Assembly: GCA_043789035.1 (NCBI GenBank)
Contig: JAYWIG010000039.1
Coordinates: 2,434 to 66,433, forward strand
Length of the DNA stretch: 64,000 bases
From: Betaproteobacteria bacterium
Lineage (GTDB): Bacteria; Pseudomonadota; Gammaproteobacteria; Burkholderiales; Burkholderiaceae_E
Direction: 5' to 3'
Position numbers and translations under genes: made by a program. Of the stretch, positions 17,949-26,124 are shown in pieces. Under the pieces are notes generated by a model. The model worked only from the letters and a program-made list of their open reading frames with translations, was not told the DNA's origin and searched no databases. Positions within the stretch are counted from its first letter, which is position 1. Each line of letters opens with the position of its first letter.

Positions 17949-18407
17949 ATGAACACACTTACTGATTACTTTCGTTCGCAACAAGTCCCCTTGCAATGGT
18001 CTCCTTTGTTAAGGGCACTTGGCCAAGAACTAGTAGTAAATGCGGATAAGCAGGCTCTGCATCAATTGTTTTTTAATGTCGGCAGCAGATTTGCGACAAC
18101 TGTATTGCCACAATTCTCTGGAATTGCAACGCTGAAAGAACTAAATGAAGCTCTTAACGGCGTGTGGGCATCTATGAGTTGGGGTTATGTAGAGCTCACT
18201 GAGGCCACTACTGCCATTGAAATAGAACATCGTTACGCGCCGCTAGCAGAAGCCTTCGGTGACGAAATGTTGGAATGGTCTATCGGCGTAATGGAAGGCT
18301 TTTATCAAGCTGTTTTTCATTCTTTTGGTGCGAGCGAGAAAATGACTGCAAAATATGTTTCTGAGAAAAGTGATGCTTTACAAATTCACCTACGCTTGGT
18401 TCCTTAA
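17949..18407 (+). CDS. bcsD: Cellulose synthase subunit D (BcsD/AcsD-like)
   Basis: 152 aa. LNEALNGVWASMSWGYVELTE...IEIEHRY and WSIGVMEGFYQAV parallel Komagataeibacter AcsD (LQIELNALLAMINWGYVKLDL...RIVHEDL, WLAPVLEGLYGRW, from memory). The ORF-track start at 17763 overlaps the upstream gene, so the ATG at 17949 is preferred. Confidence 0.75.
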   Translation: MNTLTDYFRSQQVPLQWSPLLRALGQELVVNADKQALHQLFFNVGSRFATTVLPQFSGIATLKELNEALNGVWASMSWGYVELTEATTAIEIEHRYAPLAEAFGDEMLEWSIGVMEGFYQAVFHSFGASEKMTAKYVSEKSDALQIHLRLVP

Positions 18408-18444
18408 GGTGCCCGTGTTTCAGTAATTAACACCAGAACCGACC

Positions 18445-19065
18445 ATGACCAACATAACACCAACCCAGCAACTGTTTGCAGCCTTAAAACCGGAAGATAG
18501 TTCAAGTCAAAAGGCAATCAATGAGGCTACACAAGCTGCAGAGAAACGCTGGCCACTATTAAAGTCACTCGCTCCTGAAAAGTGGGCCATCGCCCCGGCG
18601 CTTTCTGAAGATGAGAAGCTACGTCGGAATCGACTAGAGCCAATCGAAGTAGTTCCTCGAAAACCGGCTGCGTCAGCGCCAAACATTAACGCTCAACTAG
18701 CAAACGCTTTAAACCGCATGGCAGCTGCAAAGCCTTTAGGCGTTACAAAAGATATTACGCATGCACCAACTACCCCAGCTCAATTGCCGACTACAGGTTC
18801 AATTGTTAAGACGGCTCCAGTTACCGCTGCCTTTACCTCTGTACTTACCGCCTCCATTGCAGCGCAGGCATCCACCCACGAAGCGGAGCCAACAACCACT
18901 CCAGTGCCAATATTCAAGCCTGCTTCAGCCTCAGTAGTGCAGCCCAGTAAGCCTAGCGACAATTCGATTTTGTCTGTACTGAAACGCGTCGAACTGGCAA
19001 ACGTTGCAGAGCCTATCGACAAAGAAAAAATATCAGGATTTCTTTCAAGGCTAGGCAAAAGATGA
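18445..19065 (+). CDS. BcsR-like (RWPLL motif) protein with long Pro/Thr/Ala-rich extension
   Basis: AAEKRWPLLKSLAPEK resembles the C-terminal ALKRWPLLAEF of E. coli BcsR. The gene lies directly 5' of bcsQ with an ATGA overlap. The remaining ~150 aa are low-complexity and P/T/A-rich. Confidence 0.5.
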   Translation: MTNITPTQQLFAALKPEDSSSQKAINEATQAAEKRWPLLKSLAPEKWAIAPALSEDEKLRRNRLEPIEVVPRKPAASAPNINAQLANALNRMAAAKPLGVTKDITHAPTTPAQLPTTGSIVKTAPVTAAFTSVLTASIAAQASTHEAEPTTTPVPIFKPASASVVQPSKPSDNSILSVLKRVELANVAEPIDKEKISGFLSRLGKR

Positions 19066-19826
19066 GTGTGATTAGTGTTATTTCGATGAAGGGAGGGGTA
19101 GGAAAAACCTCGATCACGGCTAATTTAGCCAGTGCTATCTCCCAACGTCCAAATGCACCAACAGTGGCGGTCATTGATCTCGACCCACAAAACGCGCTGC
19201 AATGGCACTTTGGTTTCATGGAACAACAGTCTGCGGGAATTTGCCAACTTTCAGTCAAGGTCGGCGCACTAAACGAAGCTCACCTAAAAACAGACAAAAA
19301 CATCCTTTGTTACCCCTATGGGTTTGCTGATGAACCTACCCGCAAAGATTTTGAATCGCTTTTGAAAGAGAATCCAGAATGGTTGAAGCAGCAAATTCAG
19401 AGTCTAGATTTACCATCTGAATCGATTATCTTAATAGATACACCGCCAGGCCAATCACCCTATATGGCCCAAGCAATGTCTGCCGCCAATCTTGCTCTGG
19501 TGGTCCTATTGGCGGATGGTGCATCCTATGCAACCGCTCCTATGATGGAAACAGTCTTTGAGGAAATGATTCCTCTGAATCCGTACTTAAGAAGCGCGTA
19601 CCTGATCAATCAGGTAGACCCGACCAATGCCTTAAGTACAGATATCCAAGTAATGCTTACCCAACGATTAGGCAATAGATTGGTGCCGGTTCAGATTAGT
19701 GAAGATGAAGCGGTACGAGAAGCATTAGCCTTCCAGCAATCAGTTTTGATTTACGATGAAAACGGTTTAGCTAGCCATGATTTTGCAAGGCTAGCCGAAT
19801 GGACAATGGGGCTAGATTTGTCATGA
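19062..19826 (+). CDS. bcsQ: BcsQ (YhjQ/WssA)-like MinD/ParA-family ATPase
   Basis: Motifs VISMKGGVGKTSITANLA, VIDLDPQN and IDTPPG. It lies immediately upstream of the bcsA-like gene. Confidence 0.8.
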   Translation: MSVISVISMKGGVGKTSITANLASAISQRPNAPTVAVIDLDPQNALQWHFGFMEQQSAGICQLSVKVGALNEAHLKTDKNILCYPYGFADEPTRKDFESLLKENPEWLKQQIQSLDLPSESIILIDTPPGQSPYMAQAMSAANLALVVLLADGASYATAPMMETVFEEMIPLNPYLRSAYLINQVDPTNALSTDIQVMLTQRLGNRLVPVQISEDEAVREALAFQQSVLIYDENGLASHDFARLAEWTMGLDLS

Positions 19827-21901
19827 ATCCTAGGCTAGTGCTACAGCTTTGGCGTCAAAGATGGGGGAAGGCCGAGGAAGGCTTTGCTGAAAAGATGTAC
19901 GTTGAAGGCAAGATATCAGATTGGCTGGGAAACGTACCGTATTCAACGGTATGGAGTAACGCCGGAGTAACTGGCTTAGTGGTGCTTGTAAGCGCAGTTT
20001 TTCTTTTGGTTGTTAGCCAAATCAACTTCTCCATGAACGGACAAATTACATTTGCTGGTTTAATGATCACGATCGCAATGTACTTACGCCGTTTCAAAGG
20101 CCAATTAATTACCCTTATGCTTGCGTGTCTATCACTAATTTGTACGCTTCAATACTTCATATGGAGGTTGGAGCAATCAATAGCCGAGCAGACTGGCATT
20201 GCATTTGTTTGGGCCTTTGTTGTTGGTTCAGCCGAAGTTTGCGTAGCGTTTTACCTAGCCGTCGGTTGGCTCATTCACCTATGGCCTAGCGAACAAGGGG
20301 AAGTTGTTCTTGGTCCAAACGAAAACGCCTATCCATTGATCGATCTCGTCATCATTTGCTCAGATGCCGATGAGCAACAAGCCACTAAACAAATAAATGC
20401 CGGTGCCGGCCTAGACTGGCCAACTAAAAAAGTTCAACTTTTTATTACCGATTCACAAAATAGACAAGCGATTAAAGAACTCGCGGCAAAACTTAATGCA
20501 AATTTCAACGAGACACTAGCGTCAAACATTGCAGTAGGCACCAGTGATCTGCTTGTGCTGATCGAGGTAGGAGATGACGACCCAACGCTACTGCCAAAAG
20601 ACTTTCTACAGCATACTATTGGGTGGTTCGTAGAGGACGCGGGTCTCGCTATTTTGTCGAATTCAACGCATTTCTTGGCACACAAACCTTGTGAAAAAAT
20701 TCTAAGAAAGTATTCGCAGTCAAGCCATAGCCGCGCGGTCCTTCGGCGAGCAGAATTACCTATTGACCAGAACGCTACTAACAACGCCCTAAAAGCCAGA
20801 CTAAAAGCCAGAAGCGCGTTACTCGTCGATGCACCTGTTCGGCAGGCAAACGTGCAAAGTAAGTTTCTTCGGGTTGATCGTGCCGATTCAAACGTAATTA
20901 CACAAGGCAAAGAAGCCCTTGTTAACCTATACCAAATGCTACAGTTTTATAGCCTGCTCGTAACGCTCTTGTTTTTTGTCGTACCGGTTGCAACCCTTTT
21001 CGGCGGTGTACGACTATTGCAAGCTCCAATTGAATGGTGGGCCGCACACTTTTTACCATTTCTAGCCTTAGGCGCAATCACAGAAGCTAGATGTAGGGGT
21101 AACTACCGATTAGGGACATTGAAGGATATCAAAGAACTCGCTCTGAGCGCTTACTTCCTTGTTCCCGCGGCAAAGTCATTCTTAAAAACAAAACTTGCAA
21201 GCCCAGCAGTTGCAATCACTCGCTTTCAAGCAGATCAAAATACGTACCAGTTGCTTCGCACCACCGTCATTTATTTACTTTTTTGGGCAAACACTATCGG
21301 TGCCTTGCTGGGTTTCTGGGCATTACTTTTCGGAAGTACGATTCAAATTGAATGGTCGATTTTTTTCTGCGTTTGGGCGATTTGCAACTCGGCAATTTTG
21401 CTTGCAAAAAAAGCTATCGATCATGAATCCAGTGAAGTAAAGTATTTCGCTAAGAATCAAGGAAATCTAAACGGCGCAATTCGAATGCCATTTGGAAGAA
21501 CACTCGCCTGTGAAACGATGAACTTTCCAAGCCCAACGCTAACCCTAAAGACGCCGGCGACAATAGGGCTGAGTAAAGATTCAGAGGCTCAGGTGATACT
21601 CCAACATCAAAATAAATCTTATGCACTGAAGACTAAAATTTTAGAAATCAATGATCAACAATGCACAGTGTTGGTAGGTTCAGACTCTCAATCCGAATAC
21701 CAAGCACTAAAAGATGCGGTGTTTGCACGAGGTGCCAATTGGCCGAAATGGCTACCAGATCAAAATGCAGATAAACCGTTTCCAGATTGGGTCTACAAAA
21801 CCGTAGCAATTATTTCTGGCAAATCGGTAGATTTACTCACCAGTCTGACGACACGACCGAGCTGGGAGATCTTCATTCAACTTTGGAAAAAACAAAAATG
21901 A
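19823..21901 (+). CDS. BcsA-like cellulose-synthase homolog with degenerate catalytic and PilZ motifs (putative pseudo-glycosyltransferase)
   Basis: The BcsA architecture is present: N-terminal TMs, a GT2-like region, TMs and a C-terminal PilZ-like region. Collinear matches include GWFVEDAGLAILSNSTHF (BcsA GYFVEDPxLxLVQTPHFF), AVLRRAEL (AVLRRxAL) and FARGANWPKW (E. coli FARADTWALW). At the catalytic positions TED reads IDQ and Q(R/Q)xRW reads TQGKEA. HAKAGN is absent. At the PilZ positions RxxxR reads GAIR and DxSxxG reads NFPSPT. Confidence 0.7.
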   Translation: MNPRLVLQLWRQRWGKAEEGFAEKMYVEGKISDWLGNVPYSTVWSNAGVTGLVVLVSAVFLLVVSQINFSMNGQITFAGLMITIAMYLRRFKGQLITLMLACLSLICTLQYFIWRLEQSIAEQTGIAFVWAFVVGSAEVCVAFYLAVGWLIHLWPSEQGEVVLGPNENAYPLIDLVIICSDADEQQATKQINAGAGLDWPTKKVQLFITDSQNRQAIKELAAKLNANFNETLASNIAVGTSDLLVLIEVGDDDPTLLPKDFLQHTIGWFVEDAGLAILSNSTHFLAHKPCEKILRKYSQSSHSRAVLRRAELPIDQNATNNALKARLKARSALLVDAPVRQANVQSKFLRVDRADSNVITQGKEALVNLYQMLQFYSLLVTLLFFVVPVATLFGGVRLLQAPIEWWAAHFLPFLALGAITEARCRGNYRLGTLKDIKELALSAYFLVPAAKSFLKTKLASPAVAITRFQADQNTYQLLRTTVIYLLFWANTIGALLGFWALLFGSTIQIEWSIFFCVWAICNSAILLAKKAIDHESSEVKYFAKNQGNLNGAIRMPFGRTLACETMNFPSPTLTLKTPATIGLSKDSEAQVILQHQNKSYALKTKILEINDQQCTVLVGSDSQSEYQALKDAVFARGANWPKWLPDQNADKPFPDWVYKTVAIISGKSVDLLTSLTTRPSWEIFIQLWKKQK

Positions 21902-24267
21902 ACTTAAACCATCGTAAGACTTGGCTGCCGTTCGTTGATCGCTATTTGCTCGCTTTCTCCATCGTTGTAACGCTAATGATTGTTAGCCAACCTACTTTTT
22001 CCCAGACAAAACAACCTGTCGCAACAGAAACGGCTAAAGTCAAATCTTCGGTCACAACACAAGCAGTTAGTGCACTAAAAACCGTAAAAGCAGCGCCGCC
22101 ATTAGAAACACCCCTTCCGATTGCTAGTGGTGTCGAAAACTCAAATTCAGGACGCCGAGTTATTAGCCTTCCTATCAAGCAAATAGGCGCATGGTCAGCA
22201 ATTAAATTGAGAGGAGTTGACGCATCCAGAGTTCTGGCCTTCACTGTTAGAGCCGACGAGATGATTGTCGGAGCAAGACTTAGCTTGAATTATGACTACT
22301 CACCTTCATTGATTGAGGAATTGAGCCATCTTAAAGTTCTTATCAACGACAAAATTACTGCAGTCGAACAGCTCAGCCTAAACAAGGGCGTTGGTATAAA
22401 GAAGGAATATGTCCTTGATCACACCAATATGAAGGAATATAACGAACTTCGTTTTAATTTTATTGGTCACTACACGAGGCAATGTGAAGATCCTTTTCAC
22501 TCTTCGCTTTGGCTCTCCATCAATGAATCTACTACGCTTGAGCTGACTGTTGTACCGCGCGCAATCAGTGCGGATCTAAAGTATTTGCCTGCCCCGTTTC
22601 TCGACAAAAGGGACACTAATCCCTTAAATTTACCGGTTGTATTTTCCGCAACGCCATCGCTGGGAACCCTTAAGGCTGCCGGAATCGTTACATCTTGGTT
22701 TGCACTTCAAGCGGGTACTCGAGGCGCGCAATTTCCTGCCTTTTTGAATGAATTACCGAAGACCCATGCCATTGTTTTTATCAATGGCAATGAAGATGTA
22801 GCGGGGTATAAAGGTGTGCCCGGCGCGTTAATCTCCATTCAACCTAATCCTAATAATCCTCAGGCTCAATTGCTTATTATCAATGGCACCTCTGATGTGG
22901 ATTTGCTCAAAGTCGCTAGTGCCCTTGCGCTCATGCATCAAACCATGGCAGGCAGAAGTGTTGGCATCACTGAAGACGTAGTGTCTGCACTCAGAAAGCC
23001 GTATGATGCGCCGGCTTGGATAAGAACAGATCGGCCTATGAAATTCGGCGAATTGGCAAAACTCGAAGAGCTTAAAGTGCAAGGTTACTACCCAGAGTAC
23101 ATTCGCGTAAATTATCGAGTTCCTCCCGATGTATTTACCTGGCGCACAAACGGTGCACCTATCGATTTGAAGTATCGAGCGACGCGCTTGCCGTTTCATA
23201 AAAACTCGGCCTTAAACGTCGGTATCAACAACAACTTTATCGATACGATTGCATTAAATGATCCTGCTGAAAACCCTGCAAATATTCAGCTCATCCAAAC
23301 TGCGAAAAAATCGGTACGTGACGCTCATCTTAAGCTGCCGCCATATGCACTGGGGGGACGCGATCAGATGCAATTCGCATTTTCCTTTGATGTTATTAAG
23401 CAGGGTGAATGCCAAGCCTTGCCTCCGGACAATTTAACCGCATCGATTGACGCAGAATCAACGATTGATTTCAGCGTGTTCCCAAAATTCACCGCTCTGC
23501 CTAATCTCGCATTTTTTACCCAAATCGGGTTCCCTTTTACACGCGTCGCTGACTTATCAGAGACTAATGTGGTGATTTCGGATAGACCTACATCTGACGA
23601 AATCGGAGTTTACCTAATGGTGATGGGACGCATGGCCGAGGCGACCGGCTACCCACCAATAAATCATACCCTTATCAGCATTGCTGAAGTTGGCAGGGAT
23701 ATAGATAAAGACCTGATCATCATTGGTACTAGCCAGAGCCAGAAGCTCTTGTCCGATTGGGCTGCCAAGATGCCAGTGTATACCGACGGTGGCATTCGAA
23801 AGCTTAGGGAGGCAAACGTTAGTTGGCGGCCCACCTATCGCTGGGAACAAAAAGACATTGACGGAGATACAAAACCTAAGGGCTCCGTGAACCTTTCAGG
23901 CGTGGGTAACTTGGTCGCCATGATGGGTTTCGAATCTCCGCTGAAAGCCACTAGAAGCGTCGTTTTTCTGTATGCGGATCAAGCCAGCGACTTTAAGCGA
24001 ATGATCGAAACATTGCTTGATTCAGAGCGAGTGAGAAATATTCAGGGTGACTTTGTAGTCGTTGGTGACAAGGCAATTCAGCACGCCAGAGCAAGCGATA
24101 CCTACTACCTTGGACACATTCCTTGGTACAACAAGTTTCGTTGGTTCTTAGCCGACAACCCCATCCTAGTCGCATTTGTCGCATTGCTTCTAGCGTTACT
24201 GGCCTCCGCTGTTTTGTATAGGCCATTGAAGTTCGTCACAAATAAAGTATTCAAAAAAGGCAAATGA
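21898..24267 (+). CDS. bcsB: Cellulose synthase periplasmic subunit BcsB
   Basis: The ATG at 21898 overlaps the upstream stop (ATGA). It has a signal/anchor sequence and the BcsB hallmark LSLNYDYSPSLIEELSHLKVLIND. A single C-terminal TM anchor reads LVAFVALLLALLASAVLY. Confidence 0.8.
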   Translation: MNLNHRKTWLPFVDRYLLAFSIVVTLMIVSQPTFSQTKQPVATETAKVKSSVTTQAVSALKTVKAAPPLETPLPIASGVENSNSGRRVISLPIKQIGAWSAIKLRGVDASRVLAFTVRADEMIVGARLSLNYDYSPSLIEELSHLKVLINDKITAVEQLSLNKGVGIKKEYVLDHTNMKEYNELRFNFIGHYTRQCEDPFHSSLWLSINESTTLELTVVPRAISADLKYLPAPFLDKRDTNPLNLPVVFSATPSLGTLKAAGIVTSWFALQAGTRGAQFPAFLNELPKTHAIVFINGNEDVAGYKGVPGALISIQPNPNNPQAQLLIINGTSDVDLLKVASALALMHQTMAGRSVGITEDVVSALRKPYDAPAWIRTDRPMKFGELAKLEELKVQGYYPEYIRVNYRVPPDVFTWRTNGAPIDLKYRATRLPFHKNSALNVGINNNFIDTIALNDPAENPANIQLIQTAKKSVRDAHLKLPPYALGGRDQMQFAFSFDVIKQGECQALPPDNLTASIDAESTIDFSVFPKFTALPNLAFFTQIGFPFTRVADLSETNVVISDRPTSDEIGVYLMVMGRMAEATGYPPINHTLISIAEVGRDIDKDLIIIGTSQSQKLLSDWAAKMPVYTDGGIRKLREANVSWRPTYRWEQKDIDGDTKPKGSVNLSGVGNLVAMMGFESPLKATRSVVFLYADQASDFKRMIETLLDSERVRNIQGDFVVVGDKAIQHARASDTYYLGHIPWYNKFRWFLADNPILVAFVALLLALLASAVLYRPLKFVTNKVFKKGK

Positions 24268-25013
24268 AAACTGTCGCGTTTATTTCTGGTAAAGGAGGGG
24301 TTGGGAAATCCACCGTTTGCGCAAACTTAGCCGTTGCGCTGGCAAAGCGTGGAAAGAAAGTGGCCGTTATTGATCTCGATCCACAGAACAGCCAGCGTTT
24401 GCATCTTGGCCTAGGTGTTGACGAGATAGCGGGCTTGGTACGCGAAAGCATTGATGTCACTGCATTATTCGATAGCCCCTTTGGCGTATTTTTTATCCCT
24501 TTCGGGCGTGCCAGCGATGAAGATTTAGAAGAGTTCAGAAGCCTATTGCTTAAAGAAGATCAATGGGTGCGCAACCGAATTGCCAGCCTCGTTTCTTGCG
24601 GCTTCGATTATGTATTTCTAGACACACCTCCCGGCGCATCGGTCTACTTAGAGCAAGCCATTAATGCGGCGAACAAAGCAATCGTAGTGGTACTGCCGGA
24701 TGCGGCATCGTTTCTAACCCTGTCGAAAACGACATCACTTATTGCACAGTATTCGGCAGGCAGAAGTGACTTTCAAGGAGCCATAAGACTCATCAATCAG
24801 ATGCCAACCGAAAGTCGATTGGGTCATCAAGTTCGAGACGCCATTTATGCGGATTCCACCATGCCGGTGATACCGCTCGTTATTCATAAAGACAGCGCTG
24901 TATCGCAGTCTCTTGCCTTCGAGCAACCCGTACTTGAGTACGAACCGGGCACTATGGCAAGCCTAGACTTCCAGTATTTAGCTGATTGGTTTTTAGACAG
25001 CATGCAGCAATGA
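24264..25013 (+). CDS. Second BcsQ/WssJ-like MinD/ParA-family ATPase
   Basis: Motifs FISGKGGVGKSTVCANLA, VIDLDPQN and LDTPPG. It is a paralog of 19062-19826 and has an ATGA overlap with bcsB. Confidence 0.75.
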   Translation: MKTVAFISGKGGVGKSTVCANLAVALAKRGKKVAVIDLDPQNSQRLHLGLGVDEIAGLVRESIDVTALFDSPFGVFFIPFGRASDEDLEEFRSLLLKEDQWVRNRIASLVSCGFDYVFLDTPPGASVYLEQAINAANKAIVVVLPDAASFLTLSKTTSLIAQYSAGRSDFQGAIRLINQMPTESRLGHQVRDAIYADSTMPVIPLVIHKDSAVSQSLAFEQPVLEYEPGTMASLDFQYLADWFLDSMQQ

Positions 25014-26116
25014 CATTTCGCCTCGTTTGTAGTCTATTTGCGGCTTTAACATTATTGACATTGATAACACCGCAAACAGTGTTCGCGAATACCTCGCATA
25101 AGGCTTGGGTGTATCAGGCATGGTGGCAACCTGAAAGTTGGAAGAAAGCGCCTCTCGATAAGATTGATCGAGTACTTTTCTTTGAAATCAAAGTAAACCC
25201 CAATGGCACTATTTCCGAGAAGAACGGCTGGCCAGAAAAATGGTTTGACCTAAGCGCTGCGTTACATAAAGCCAATACACCGCTTGACCTCACACTCACT
25301 TTGCTGAACACCAAAGATTTTCAGGAGGTTTTTTCATCTGATCAAGCCACCGCAACCCTTCTGGAGCATGCGGCAAACCTTGCGAGCGATAAAACCGTCG
25401 CTGGTATACATTTAGATTTCGAGGTTTACACGACTCTACCTGAAGCAGTTAAAACGCGATTTCAGAAATTTGTGATCGATTTAGCAAAAAGACTTCGAAG
25501 TACGATTCCTGCCAAGAATTTATCGGTATTTTTGCCTATCGGTGGAACGGCCTCAATTTATACGGCGCAAGCCTTGACCGAAGTAAATTATGTGGTCGCA
25601 CAAGGCTACGACGCGCACTGGGCCAGCGGAGCAAACGCTGGGCCAGTCGCGCCATTAGACGGTGCGGGCGCTGTGACTTGGAAAAAGGCAGTTGCGCAGG
25701 CTCAGAAACTCGGCGTAAAACCTTCCAAACTCTTACTTAGTTACCCGTTTTATGGGTACGAATGGCGAACCGCAGATAAAAATATCCAAGGCAATTCGAT
25801 CGCGGAAGGTGTAACAACAACCCTCGCCCCGATGGATATAAAGGTCATGCCAGACATTCGGATCAACGTTGAGGACCGTATCAAAGCTTATAGGACTAGT
25901 AATGACCTTCTTAGCAGTTCGTCGTTTTACCAATTCCAGAAAGACGGGCAGTGGGTAACTGGATGGTATGAAGGGCAATGGGCGTTGGGGAAAAAAATGC
26001 AATTTATGCAAAATCAGAAAATAGCTGGCATGGCATTTTTTGTACTCGGCTATGACAATGGTAAGTTACTGAATTCATTTCTATCAAGTAACGATGCAAA
26101 AAAGGAACGAAGGTAA
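25010..26116 (+). CDS. Secreted GH18-like (chitinase/SleL-YaaH-like) glycoside hydrolase
   Basis: The signal peptide is MTFRLVCSLFAALTLLTLITPQTVFA. VAGIHLDFEVY matches the GH18 DxxDxDxE region with the D-x-E retained. The late IAGMAFFVLGYDNG is typical of the GH18 C-terminus. Confidence 0.55.
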   Translation: MTFRLVCSLFAALTLLTLITPQTVFANTSHKAWVYQAWWQPESWKKAPLDKIDRVLFFEIKVNPNGTISEKNGWPEKWFDLSAALHKANTPLDLTLTLLNTKDFQEVFSSDQATATLLEHAANLASDKTVAGIHLDFEVYTTLPEAVKTRFQKFVIDLAKRLRSTIPAKNLSVFLPIGGTASIYTAQALTEVNYVVAQGYDAHWASGANAGPVAPLDGAGAVTWKKAVAQAQKLGVKPSKLLLSYPFYGYEWRTADKNIQGNSIAEGVTTTLAPMDIKVMPDIRINVEDRIKAYRTSNDLLSSSSFYQFQKDGQWVTGWYEGQWALGKKMQFMQNQKIAGMAFFVLGYDNGKLLNSFLSSNDAKKERR

Positions 26117-26124
26117 AGGTAAAC

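Noticed and set aside
20434-20910. 158-aa minus-strand ORF inside the bcsA-like gene
   Set aside because: It is a shadow ORF antisense to a 2.1-kb ORF that shows BcsA collinearity, and it has no motif of its own.
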